Assembly (NCBI GenBank): GCA_045863855.1
Contig: BTVV01000015.1
Span: forward strand, 1-64,000
From: Planctomycetota bacterium
GTDB lineage: Bacteria > Planctomycetota > SZUA-567 > H5-PLA8
Length of the DNA stretch: 64,000 nucleotides
Direction: 5' to 3'
This document shows, piece after piece, positions 38,273-47,754 of the stretch; the stretch's first letter is position 1; every line of letters begins with the position of its first letter. The notes beneath the pieces were generated by a model that was not told where the DNA came from, did not search any database, and worked only from the letters and a program-made list of their open reading frames with translations. The position numbers and the translations under genes are program-made.

Positions 38273-40252
38273 CTACACGATTCGGAACGTCGTCACGGTG
38301 ATGTCGTCGTGCTGCTCGGCGGAACCCTGGTGATGTTCCAGGGTCTGAACCAGCAGCCGCACGAATTCCTTGCTGCTCAGGTTCGCGTACTCCTTGCAGA
38401 ATCGAACCAGGTTTTCATCGCCCCACTCTTCGCGATTCGGGTTCATCGACTCGGGAATTCCGTCGGTGTACATGACCACCCGGTCGCCCTTGAACAACTT
38501 TACCTGTTTCTCACGAATTGTCCGGTCGAAGATTGGACCTTTATCGAACCCCAAGGCGATGCCGTTGGGCCGGATCAGTTCGCACTCGTTGGTCTGGGCG
38601 CGGTAGATGATCATGGGGTTATGGCCGGCGCTGGCGATGGTCATGTCCCGGGTGCGGACGTTTAGGATCGCATACTGGCAAGTGACGAACATGCCGCGCT
38701 TGATCTCGCGCGCGACGTGGTAATTGGTCTTGCTCATGACGTCGGCGGGGCTGGCGTTCATCGGGGCCATCATGCGCAGGATGGTTCGCGTCCAGCTCAT
38801 GACCATGCTGCCGGGGATGCTCTTGCCCGAGACGTCGGCGATGACCATGGCCAGGTGTTCCTGGTCGATGGGTATGAAGTCGTAGTAGTCGCCGCCGACT
38901 TCCTTGGCGCAGTAGTAGCCGGTGAAGATGTCGTAGCCGGGCAGGTTCGGGAGTTTTTTGGGCATCAACTGCGCGTGGATTTCCTTGGCCAAGTCGAGTT
39001 CGCTGTTGAGGCGTTCGACCTCGCGTTCCTGCTGGCGGGCGTCCTTGAGGCTCTGCGTCATGCGGTTGAACGCCATGGCGAGGAGGCCGATCTCGTCGTT
39101 GGTTTGCGGCCGCGTCTCGTGTTCGAGGTCGCCGCGCGCGACGATGTCCATGTCCCGCACCAGGACGTTGATGGGGCTCGTCACGGCGCTGGCCAGTCCC
39201 AGCGAGAGGGCGATGCCGGCGCCGACGAAGACGAGCCCGAAGAGGGCGATCTTGGTGAGGAGGCGGCTGACTTCCATCTGCACCTGCTCCTCGGAGAGGA
39301 TCAGGTTGGCGGTGGCGTAGAGCTGCTTGCCTTTGCCTTCGATGGATGCGCGGAAAAAGATGGAGCGCTGGTTGTTGTAGCGGCCCTGGTAGGCGACGAT
39401 CTCCGAATCGGCTCCGCCCTCGATCGGGATATCGAGGCGGTATTCGTCGGCGTACGGGGAGAAGCTTTCCGCGCTGCGCGCGATGACGACGCGGCCGCGC
39501 GGTTCGGCCAGCGGTTCGCGGCTGGCGAAGATCGCGATGTCCTGCACGCGCGGATCGCCTTCCACGATTTTTTGCAGCAGCAACTGGTCGGACTGGCCTT
39601 CCGCGGTCTCGTGGAAATACTTCGCCGTGCGCGATTTATCCTCGTCCTTGTCGAACTGGACGAAGCGGTCGTACACGCGCCGCCCGAAGGCGCGCAGGGT
39701 GAGCGCCTGCTGGTACCCCGAGCGCAGGATGTCGTCGCGCAGCTTCTCCTGGAAAATGCGGATCACCACCAGCCCGAAGAGGGCCGAGATCAGGATGATC
39801 AGGAGGGAGATGAAGAGGCTGAATTTTACGGCGAGCGAGAGCCCCCGGCGGTGCAGGCGGCCGATTTCGGCGCCGGGCTGTCGAGAAGGCTTCTCGACGC
39901 TGCCGCTGCCGCGCCCGGGCCGGTTGCGCCCCGAATGTCCAGAGGAGCGCCGCGTTCCGGAGGAGCGGCGCTTGCTTTCTTCGGCCGGCGATCCGGGCAC
40001 GTCGTCGAGGTTTTCGGCGGTGATGACTTCTTCGGTTTCGTCCAGTCCGGCCACGGCGTCTTCGGCCAACTCCGTCTCTTGAGCGCCGTCGTCGTGCAGG
40101 AGCGCTTCGTCTTCGGCGGCGGGCGGCGCTTGCTGCGCACGGGCGCTCGGGCGGCGGGGCGGGGCGTTCCGCCCTCCGCTCTTGCTCTCGCGCGGTGGTC
40201 TGCGTCGCGTGGCCACGGCATTCCTCGGTGCACTCATCCGCGTCTGGCGCAC
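38273..40252 (-). CDS. Membrane HAMP-SpoIIE (PP2C) phosphatase with disordered N-terminus
   Basis: Two TMs, HAMP (DEIGLLA..FN), VGGDYYD, ADVSGK, YTDG, DDIT. Start uncertain (ATG40237 possible). Confidence 0.9.
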   Translation of the reverse strand: MRQTRMSAPRNAVATRRRPPRESKSGGRNAPPRRPSARAQQAPPAAEDEALLHDDGAQETELAEDAVAGLDETEEVITAENLDDVPGSPAEESKRRSSGTRRSSGHSGRNRPGRGSGSVEKPSRQPGAEIGRLHRRGLSLAVKFSLFISLLIILISALFGLVVIRIFQEKLRDDILRSGYQQALTLRAFGRRVYDRFVQFDKDEDKSRTAKYFHETAEGQSDQLLLQKIVEGDPRVQDIAIFASREPLAEPRGRVVIARSAESFSPYADEYRLDIPIEGGADSEIVAYQGRYNNQRSIFFRASIEGKGKQLYATANLILSEEQVQMEVSRLLTKIALFGLVFVGAGIALSLGLASAVTSPINVLVRDMDIVARGDLEHETRPQTNDEIGLLAMAFNRMTQSLKDARQQEREVERLNSELDLAKEIHAQLMPKKLPNLPGYDIFTGYYCAKEVGGDYYDFIPIDQEHLAMVIADVSGKSIPGSMVMSWTRTILRMMAPMNASPADVMSKTNYHVAREIKRGMFVTCQYAILNVRTRDMTIASAGHNPMIIYRAQTNECELIRPNGIALGFDKGPIFDRTIREKQVKLFKGDRVVMYTDGIPESMNPNREEWGDENLVRFCKEYANLSSKEFVRLLVQTLEHHQGSAEQHDDITVTTFRIV

Positions 40253-40375
40253 GACGTGCCCAGAAACGCAGGGGAGTTATCCCTTCCGCCTATCCCTTTG
40301 TGCAAGCACAGAATACATGAGCCGAGCGCACCTAGGGCTCAAGCGAGCCCCGCAAGCGCTTCCAGGCCGAATGCC

Positions 40376-41737
40376 TTAGTTCGCCGAGCCCGCCGCGAGC
40401 CGCCCGGAAGGCTGCGGGGATCGCGCATCGTCCGCCTGGGGCTCCGGCAAGGCCGACTGGCCGCGGTTGCCTCCCGGCGGAGCTAGGACGACGCGGTTGC
40501 GCCCGCCGTCCTTGGCCTTGTACAGCGCCGCGTCGGCTAACTGAATCAGTTCGTACTTGTTGTCCGCGTCGTCGGGGTAACAGGCGACGCCGAAGCTGGC
40601 GGTGATTTTCAGGACTTCCCCGCTGGGTGCGCGCAGGGCGATGCGTTCGACGGCCCTGCGCAGGCGCTCGGCCACGTCCTTGACGCGTTGGCGGTCGATC
40701 TCGGCCAGGACGATCGCGAATTCCTCGCCGCCGTAGCGGGCCACCATGTCCACCGCGCGGACCTGGCTGACCATGGAGCGGGCCATTTCCTGGAGCACGC
40801 GGTCGCCGGTCTGGTGCCCGTGGGTGTCGTTGAAGCCCTTGAAGTGGTCGATGTCGAGCATGACCAATCCCAGGCTGCGGTGATCGTCGCGCTTCACGCG
40901 CGCGATCTCCTGCGACAGGCGCGCGTCGAAGTGCCCGCGCGAGGCGACACCGGTGAGGTCGTCGATGATGCTGCGCCGATAGAGCGCTTCGTTACGCAGG
41001 CAGATGGCGAGCATCTTGCCGAGCGAGTAGAGGAACTCCATATCGGGCCCGGAGTAAGCCTTGCCCGCCAGCCGTCCGCCCAAGAGGAGGAAGCCTTCCA
41101 GCACCGTGGCCGGGGATTCGACTTCCTGGATCAGCGGAACGGCGACCTCCATGCCCAGTTCGCGCAGGGCCATCAGTTCGGGGAGTTCCTGGAACGAGGC
41201 CGGCAGGGTACTCAACGCAAGGCAGGAGCGCCGGGCCAGCGCTTCTTCGCACAGCGGCGAATGGGACGGCAGGCGCGCGCGGACTTCGCGCAAGCCTTGA
41301 GCGGCCGAACAACACAACGCCGCGTCGTCTTCGGCGAGTTGGCGCACGATCATCAGGCGCGGCGTCGTAAAGTGCCCTGAAACGGTGCGCAGGAGGTACG
41401 TCTGCATGCTGACGAGGTCGAGCGAGCGTGCGCTGGTCTGCCCGATGATCTCGAAGAGCGTCGAAAAGTCGTGCTCCTGCTTGCGCAGAACGCGGCGCAG
41501 AATCTGATTTTCTTCGACCGGATCGCCTTTGCCGGGTTCGGCCAAGTCGATGGCGCGGAAAAATCCGGAGCTTCCCGGCCGCCGCGCCGCCGCGCGTGAA
41601 GCCGGCTTGGGGCCGCCTTCGAGGCTGGCGTCCATCGGCATCGGGGTCTGCGGTGCGCTATCGGACACGCCGAGCTTTCCTCCCTTGCCCGAGGCGACGA
41701 AATAGGCTTCGCCAAGACACTCTAAAAGAACATGCAC
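40376..41737 (-). CDS. GAF-like plus GGDEF diguanylate cyclase
   Basis: DDLTG, DIDHFK..ND..GH..GD, RAVD I-site, RYGGEEF, ADAALY.AK. Start uncertain. Confidence 0.9.
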   Translation of the reverse strand: MHVLLECLGEAYFVASGKGGKLGVSDSAPQTPMPMDASLEGGPKPASRAAARRPGSSGFFRAIDLAEPGKGDPVEENQILRRVLRKQEHDFSTLFEIIGQTSARSLDLVSMQTYLLRTVSGHFTTPRLMIVRQLAEDDAALCCSAAQGLREVRARLPSHSPLCEEALARRSCLALSTLPASFQELPELMALRELGMEVAVPLIQEVESPATVLEGFLLLGGRLAGKAYSGPDMEFLYSLGKMLAICLRNEALYRRSIIDDLTGVASRGHFDARLSQEIARVKRDDHRSLGLVMLDIDHFKGFNDTHGHQTGDRVLQEMARSMVSQVRAVDMVARYGGEEFAIVLAEIDRQRVKDVAERLRRAVERIALRAPSGEVLKITASFGVACYPDDADNKYELIQLADAALYKAKDGGRNRVVLAPPGGNRGQSALPEPQADDARSPQPSGRLAAGSAN

Positions 41738-41781
41738 CTAGTGTCCGTGCGCGGCATCCATAACTTAGTCGAATGAGCGGC

Positions 41782-41932
41782 AGTATAGCCACCCCTCTTA
41801 CATCTGCAAGCCATGGTGAGAGAAACGAGGATGGATTAACTCAAATCCAGCATTCGTAACGCTCATGAGCACTGCTTTGGACCTACGCAGAACCACGATA
41901 TGAAATGTAATGCACAATGTGTGTTTTGTCAA
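41782..41932 (-). promoter_or_regulatory. Two candidate sigma70 promoters for the DGC operon
   Basis: TTGACA(41932-41927)-17-TACATT(41909-41904) and TTGCAG(41809-41804)-16-TATACT(41787-41782). Confidence 0.55.
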
Positions 41933-42046
41933 TCGCATATTTCGACTTTGGTTCTTAAGCGGATACCTATTCTATGCTTAAGGTGATTCGAAAAATGGGG
42001 CGGGGCGGCAGGGACATGCATTCCACACGTGCATCGCGCGGCTCGT

Positions 42047-43495
42047 TTACGCCAGCGGCTGCGCCACTAGGTCGTAGTCCAGCGCTTTGGTGATGTGGGC
42101 TTGGATCAGCGTTCCGGGTTCGAGACCGCGCGCGGCTTTGCCGCTGAGGTAGACCAGGCCGTCGACTTCCCAAGCTTCGAGTTGCGTGCGGCCGGCCGCG
42201 TGCGCGCCTTTGGGCGCGTCGGCGCCGGCGGGCAGCGCACCGTCGACGAGCACGTCCACCGTCTGTCCGACGCGAGCCTGGAGGCGTTTCCGCGAGACCT
42301 CAAGTTGTGCGAGCATCAGCGCTTCGCGGCGGCGGAGCTTTTCATCCAGCGGCACGGTCTCGGGTTCGCGCGCGGCGGGCGTGAGCGGCTCGTTGGAGTA
42401 CAGGAAGACGCCGGCGTGGGTGAAGCGTCCGGATTCGACGAGTTCCAGGACTTCGAGGAAGTCGGCCTCGGACTCGCCCGGATACCCGACGATGAAGGTC
42501 GTGCGGATGGCCGCGCCCTTCAGCTTGGCAGCGATGAGATCGAGGAGTTGGAGGGTCTCGTCCTTGGTCACCATCCGCGCCATGGCTTTGAGCATGCGGT
42601 CGCTGATGTGCTGGAGCGGGATATCGATGTACGGGCAGAAGCGCGGATCGGAAGCCAGGACGTCCAGCATGGCGGCGTTGAGGTAGCGCGGGTAGGCGTA
42701 CATCAGGCGGAACCAGCGCGGGCCGGCGACGGTCTTGAGCGCCTCCAGCAACTGGGGCAGGCGGTACTCGCCGTAGAGGTCTTTGCCGTAGCTGGACGTA
42801 TCCTGCGCGATCAGGCTGATTTCCTGGGCGCCGCCTTCGGCGAGGCGCTGCGCTTCTTCGACCAGTTCCTCGACCGGCCGGCTGGCCTGGAGGCCGCGCA
42901 TGCGCGGAATGCTGCAGAAGCGGCACGGGTTGCTGCACCCTTCGCTGATCTTCAGGTACGCGTGATGCTGCGCGCCGATGCGCATGCGCGGCGCGACGAG
43001 GAAATCGTTGTAGCTCTTGGGGACCTTCTTTTTTGCGGCGCTGACCGCGGGGCCTTCGGCGTAGCTGCGGACCGCCTGCGCGTAGCGCTCGCTGCCGCCC
43101 TTGGCCTCGACGAGTTCCTTCACGATCTTGGGCAGGGTGGGGTAGTCCTTGAAGCCCAAGCGGGCGTCGGCGTGGCTCAGGAAGCGGCTCAGTTCCGAGG
43201 CATCGGCCGCGCGTTCGACCAGACAACCCAAAGCGACGACGGTGCGCAACTTGCCGCCCGCTTTGAGGCCGTTGAGTTCTTTCAGGACCGCCGCCGTTTC
43301 CTGCCGCGCTTCGTCGATGAAGCCGCAGGTGTTAACCAGGCACAGGTCGGCGATGGCCGGGTCCTGGGCGATCAGGAACCCTTCTTCGGCCAGCGCGCCG
43401 AGGATGCGTTCGCTGTCGACGAGGTTCTTCGCGCATCCCAGGTTGACCAGGCTGACGATGGGCGGTTCGGTTTCGGCGGGCTTGCGGCGTTTCAT
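42047..43495 (-). CDS. rimO: Ribosomal protein S12 methylthiotransferase
   Basis: LGCAKNLVDSE, NTCGFI, YLKISEGC...C.FC, RTTFIVGYPGE, TRAM tail. Start taken at MKRRKP. Confidence 0.95.
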   Translation of the reverse strand: MKRRKPAETEPPIVSLVNLGCAKNLVDSERILGALAEEGFLIAQDPAIADLCLVNTCGFIDEARQETAAVLKELNGLKAGGKLRTVVALGCLVERAADASELSRFLSHADARLGFKDYPTLPKIVKELVEAKGGSERYAQAVRSYAEGPAVSAAKKKVPKSYNDFLVAPRMRIGAQHHAYLKISEGCSNPCRFCSIPRMRGLQASRPVEELVEEAQRLAEGGAQEISLIAQDTSSYGKDLYGEYRLPQLLEALKTVAGPRWFRLMYAYPRYLNAAMLDVLASDPRFCPYIDIPLQHISDRMLKAMARMVTKDETLQLLDLIAAKLKGAAIRTTFIVGYPGESEADFLEVLELVESGRFTHAGVFLYSNEPLTPAAREPETVPLDEKLRRREALMLAQLEVSRKRLQARVGQTVDVLVDGALPAGADAPKGAHAAGRTQLEAWEVDGLVYLSGKAARGLEPGTLIQAHITKALDYDLVAQPLA

Positions 43496-43616
43496 GGGGC
43501 CGACTCTAATCCATGCGCGCGTGCATTTCCAATGGGCGCGCGGAGGTGGCGATCGGACGTGTTCGATCGGGGCGTCCGGGGTATTCTTTCCGGCATCCCG
43601 AATCGGAGAGCGTTGC

Positions 43617-44636
43617 ATGCCGCCCGCCACCGTTGATCTGCCGGTCGCCGCGCCCGCGGAACTGGGTGTCGATCCCCGCGTCCTCGAGGAGCGCTTGGCG
43701 CCGCTGCTGGGCGCGCACAAGACCGGCGCGGCGGCCTTGCTGGTGCAGGGCAAGCTGGTCTGGGAGCGCTACTGGGACGGGCACGGCCCGGAGACGGCGT
43801 TCGACGTGTATTCGATCGGGAAGGCCTATGCGGCGGTGGCCGTCGGGCTGCTGATCGGCGACAGCGCGCTGGCGCTCGACGACCCGGCCTGCCGCATCCT
43901 GCCCGAATGGCAACGCGAAGGGCACCGCGAGATCACGATTCGCCACCTGCTCACGATGACGTCGGGCTTGCGCCTCGATTTCGAAACGTTCACGGCCTCG
44001 GAAGACCCCACCGCCGCGGTGCTGGCCTGGCCGTTGGATCACCGGCCCGGGACGGTCTGGTGCTACGAGCAAGCCACCGTTCAGGCGCTCTGCCCGATCG
44101 TGAAGCGGCTGACGGGCAAGCAGCCGATCGAGTTCCTGCGCGAGCGGGTGCTGGGGCCGATCGGGGCGGGAAGCGTCGAGTGGCTGCGCGCGAAGAACGG
44201 AGATTGCAAAACCTGGCGGAGCACGCTGACCTCGGCGCGGGATCTGTGCAAGTTCGGCTGGCTGCTCTGCCGCGACGGCGCGTGGAACGGGCGGCCCCTG
44301 GTCGATCCGGGATTCTGTAAGGCGATGCGCACGCAGGATCCGCTCTTCGCCCATATCGCGTGCCTTTCGGAAAAGCAGGAACTCAAGTCGCGCAACTACG
44401 GCTACCTGCAATACCTCAACGTGAACAAGCTTTGGCCGGACGCCGATCCGCGCGCGTTCGCGCCGCTGGGCGCGTACGCCAACATGTGTCTGATCGATCC
44501 GGCGCGGGGTTTCGTTCTGGCGCGGATGGTCACGCCGGCGGGCCTCGACGACCATAAGGCGTATTCGAACGGTCTGGATGTGACGAGCGGCGGGACGAAC
44601 GAGGTTTGGAAAGCGGTGCAGGCGGCGCTGGCTTAA
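43617..44636 (+). CDS. Serine hydrolase, beta-lactamase family
   Basis: YSIGK (SxxK), ITIRHLLTMTSGL, PGT.W.Y, SARDL.KFG. Confidence 0.88.
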   Translation: MPPATVDLPVAAPAELGVDPRVLEERLAPLLGAHKTGAAALLVQGKLVWERYWDGHGPETAFDVYSIGKAYAAVAVGLLIGDSALALDDPACRILPEWQREGHREITIRHLLTMTSGLRLDFETFTASEDPTAAVLAWPLDHRPGTVWCYEQATVQALCPIVKRLTGKQPIEFLRERVLGPIGAGSVEWLRAKNGDCKTWRSTLTSARDLCKFGWLLCRDGAWNGRPLVDPGFCKAMRTQDPLFAHIACLSEKQELKSRNYGYLQYLNVNKLWPDADPRAFAPLGAYANMCLIDPARGFVLARMVTPAGLDDHKAYSNGLDVTSGGTNEVWKAVQAALA

Positions 44637-45316
44637 CGCTCCCATGCCAGAGTCGGCGGCAGGCCGAAGGCCGGGGCGAGGCTGCGGAAGACCATGGCGT
44701 GGCCGACGGCGTTCGTGTGCACCGCGTCGGCCATCAGTTCCGGCATGCGTAATTCGCCGGCGGCTTCCAGCGCGCACCAATGCGCGTAGACGTCCACGAA
44801 GGGCAGCTCGCGCCGGGCGGCCAGTTCGCGAATCTGTTCCACGCGGCGCTTGAGCTTGTGGTCTTCCTTCCAGATGTGCCCCGGTTCGGGTTTGAACTCT
44901 AGGATCGGCGTGGGCGTGCGCAGCAGGACGCCGCAGGAGAGGGCTTGGAGGCGGTCGACGATTTCGGCGAGGCCCTCCGCGAATTCGGCGTCGTCGAGCT
45001 TGTTGGCGTCGTTGCTGCCGAAACAGACGATGGCCAGCGTGGGCATGAAGCGGGCGACATCGGTGTGCCAGCGTTGGAGCGCGTTGTGGACGGTGTCGCC
45101 GCTGATGCCGCTGTTGACGAGCAGGATTTTCTGGGTCTGGTAACGGTCGCGCAGTTCGCTGTGCAGCAGTTCGGGCCATTGCTTGGCGCCGCGCGTGAAG
45201 CCGGTGTTGCAGGTGTTGGAGTCGCCCAGCGCCAGCAGCAGGGCGTGCTTGCCTTCGCGCAGCCAGGCGCCGAACGCGGCGAGGGACTCGGTGCGCTGCA
45301 TGAAGGGGTGGCTCAT
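44633..45316 (-). CDS. SGNH/GDSL esterase
   Basis: GDSNT, NSGISG, GSND, DAVH. Confidence 0.88.
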   Translation of the reverse strand: MSHPFMQRTESLAAFGAWLREGKHALLLALGDSNTCNTGFTRGAKQWPELLHSELRDRYQTQKILLVNSGISGDTVHNALQRWHTDVARFMPTLAIVCFGSNDANKLDDAEFAEGLAEIVDRLQALSCGVLLRTPTPILEFKPEPGHIWKEDHKLKRRVEQIRELAARRELPFVDVYAHWCALEAAGELRMPELMADAVHTNAVGHAMVFRSLAPAFGLPPTLAWER

Positions 45317-45651
45317 GGCGTGTTCCTGGCGCGCCGGGTGCGCTTGCGCGAGGCCTTGCCCAGCCGCTTGTGTAACTCCACGGGATCGCGCATACCGTGA
45401 AAGACGCTCACCACGACCAGATGCTCCCGAGTTGGATAATAGTAGACGCCATACCTCGAGAATTTCCTCAGCCGTTGCTTGCGGATTGGGCCTTCCACTT
45501 TGGGAAAGCTATTCGGAGTGGCCGCCGCTTCCAGGACACAGGCATCCAGTTCATGCGGAAATTGAGCGGCCAGTTTCGTGTCTTGGCCCAGGTACCAGTC
45601 GCGAGCTTCGCAGGCATCCTGTAGCGCGGCAGGCAGCCAATGTATGACCAT
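45313..45651 (-). CDS. RelE/ParE family toxin
   Basis: A.QD..EARDWY, P..FP, RKF.RY.VYY, VVSVFHG.RDP. Confidence 0.8.
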   Translation of the reverse strand: MVIHWLPAALQDACEARDWYLGQDTKLAAQFPHELDACVLEAAATPNSFPKVEGPIRKQRLRKFSRYGVYYYPTREHLVVVSVFHGMRDPVELHKRLGKASRKRTRRARNTP

Positions 45652-45652
45652 G

Positions 45653-45877
45653 TTAACGTTTGTGGCGCAGCTTATTCATGGCCTGCTCGTGCGGAATCAC
45701 ATCGGCGGGGTGCTTGCGGTAGGCTTTGAGTCTCCTTCTAAGCTCCACTCGCTGTGCCTGGGCCGGCCCATCCTCCGCGCATTCGGTCTTCACGCGGGCC
45801 AAGATCTCTTGCGCCAACCGCTTCTGATCCCCAAGGCTCAGCATAAGCGCCTGTTGCAGCACCGCTTGCCGGGTCAT
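45653..45877 (-). CDS. Addiction module antitoxin
   Basis: 74 aa. AL.LS..D...LA..I, EL.RRL..Y...P..VIP. Immediately upstream of the toxin. Confidence 0.78.
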   Translation of the reverse strand: MTRQAVLQQALMLSLGDQKRLAQEILARVKTECAEDGPAQAQRVELRRRLKAYRKHPADVIPHEQAMNKLRHKR

Positions 45878-45963
45878 GAAACGTTCCCTTTCGTTCGTCC
45901 GTCCGACTCGAAGAATATCTGATGAATTGGAGGGCGTCCAGACGCCGCATGCCGGCAGGAACG

Positions 45964-47748
45964 CTACCCTTCGACCGATAGCCGAGCTGTAGCAATTTCA
46001 TAACGCACCCGCTGGTCGTTTACTTCGAGCGAGAACGTATCGTCGTGCCAAGCGCTCGCCACGCGCGGCGCACCGAAGGTGAGCAGCATGGGATGAACCG
46101 CGTGGACGCGGTCGTAGAGGTGCCGCCAGCTCAGCGTGCGGATCGGCCCGCGGAAATCCCACTCTTTCGCCTGGACCGGCGCGGCGTCGGTGAAGCGGTG
46201 GACGCTCAGCGTGGCGGTGCGGCCTTCCAGGAGCAGGCGTTCCCCGTCCATGCGCCAAGGGAGGCGCGTCTGGAGATGCCAGCGCGCGCCGGCGCGAAGG
46301 GTGCCGCGCCCGCGCAGGTCGTCGAGGACGAGCAGATGGGTGTCGTCGAGCAAGACGAGATGGCGCAGCGCGCGATCGGTCGCATGCGGGAAGGCGGCCT
46401 GGAGGTCGCAGGTGATGCGGAAGCCGCGTTCGAGCGCCAGGATATTTTTTAAGGGCGCCGTGGCCGCGTCGCAGCCTTCCTGGCCGCGCACGGTGAACAT
46501 GTTGTGCTGGCTGGTGGCGCTCATGCCGTAGCCGGGATCGCAGAGAAAGCGTTCGGTTCCGCGGCCCAGGATGATCTGGCCGAGGTCTTTCTGGTTGTGG
46601 TTTCCGCCGTTCCATCCGCCGCGGAGCGCGAACCAGGTTTGGGGTCCGTGGCAGACGGCCCAGTCGAGGCCGCGGTAATGCCGCAAGCCGCCGCGCTTCG
46701 GCGGGGCGCTCGGTTGATGCGCTTCGCGAAACCAGAACGCTTCGATATCGAAGAATACGCCGTGCGTATCTTCCCACTTGCGGTGGATGTGGGCTTGCTC
46801 CTGGAATCCGGCCCATTCCGGCCGATTTATGCGGCGCGCCCACCAGAAGACGTGGGGCAAGCCCCATTCGGTGGTGTCGTCGTTGATGTTGCTGAAGTTC
46901 AGCGGGCGCTTATCGCCGCCTTCGAATACGGACCAGCTTTCGATCGCCGCGTGGAAACGCTCGTTGGCGAGCAGGCCCAGGTCGTCGCCGGTGAGGCGCT
47001 GGAGGGCGACGACGAAATCGGTCAGGTGGCCGACGGTGGTGCCGAGGTACATCATGCCTTCGGTCCAGCCGCCGCCTTCGGGGAAGTTATCGATCACGTG
47101 GCGCAGGCGGTCGCGCGCTTCGGCGACGACGCGCGCGGAGAGGCCGGGTTCGGCGTGCCGCAGCGCCAGCGCCGCGAAGCCGGCGTTCCCGTGCAGCGCC
47201 GAGCCCCAGTTGAAGTTGCAGCGTTCCCACCAGTCGTGGCGTTCGAGGCCTTTCAAGTACGCATCGAGTCCCGTATCGCGCAGGACGGCGACGCAGCGGG
47301 CTTTGAGTTCGGCGTCGAGGTACGGATCGAGCGCGTCGAGCGCGAACGCGACGGTGTAAAGCAGATCGCCCGTATGCAGGTTGGCTCCGCGCAGGAAATC
47401 GCCGTTCACGGGACGCCAGTCGTGCGACCGGAAGGCGAGTTCGAGGGTTTCCTTGGCGAAGGCCAGGTGCCGCTGGTCGCGCGTCAGGTACCACGCGACG
47501 GTGGCGCGCTGGATGCGGTTTTTGAGGACGCGGCACGGAAAATCGGCGCGCGGCTGCGGCGTGCCGAGATACCACGGCACGTCGGTGGGATCGCCCGGCG
47601 CATGTTCGCGGGCCAGGCGGTCCAAGGCTTCGAGGTTGTTTTCGTGGAGTCGCTGGAAGTAGGGATCGCGCAGCTTCTCGGGCAACGCCTCCCACTCCGC
47701 GCCGGTGAGCAGCAGCGCGGGAGCGGGGAGGCCGAGGGCGGTTGCCAT
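45964..47748 (-). CDS. Heparinase II/III-like (oligosaccharide lyase) protein
   Basis: NWGSA, GGW.EG..Y, NHNQ.DLG, DPGY, HN..TV.G. No signal peptide. Confidence 0.78.
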   Translation of the reverse strand: MATALGLPAPALLLTGAEWEALPEKLRDPYFQRLHENNLEALDRLAREHAPGDPTDVPWYLGTPQPRADFPCRVLKNRIQRATVAWYLTRDQRHLAFAKETLELAFRSHDWRPVNGDFLRGANLHTGDLLYTVAFALDALDPYLDAELKARCVAVLRDTGLDAYLKGLERHDWWERCNFNWGSALHGNAGFAALALRHAEPGLSARVVAEARDRLRHVIDNFPEGGGWTEGMMYLGTTVGHLTDFVVALQRLTGDDLGLLANERFHAAIESWSVFEGGDKRPLNFSNINDDTTEWGLPHVFWWARRINRPEWAGFQEQAHIHRKWEDTHGVFFDIEAFWFREAHQPSAPPKRGGLRHYRGLDWAVCHGPQTWFALRGGWNGGNHNQKDLGQIILGRGTERFLCDPGYGMSATSQHNMFTVRGQEGCDAATAPLKNILALERGFRITCDLQAAFPHATDRALRHLVLLDDTHLLVLDDLRGRGTLRAGARWHLQTRLPWRMDGERLLLEGRTATLSVHRFTDAAPVQAKEWDFRGPIRTLSWRHLYDRVHAVHPMLLTFGAPRVASAWHDDTFSLEVNDQRVRYEIATARLSVEG

Positions 47749-47754
47749 GAATCG

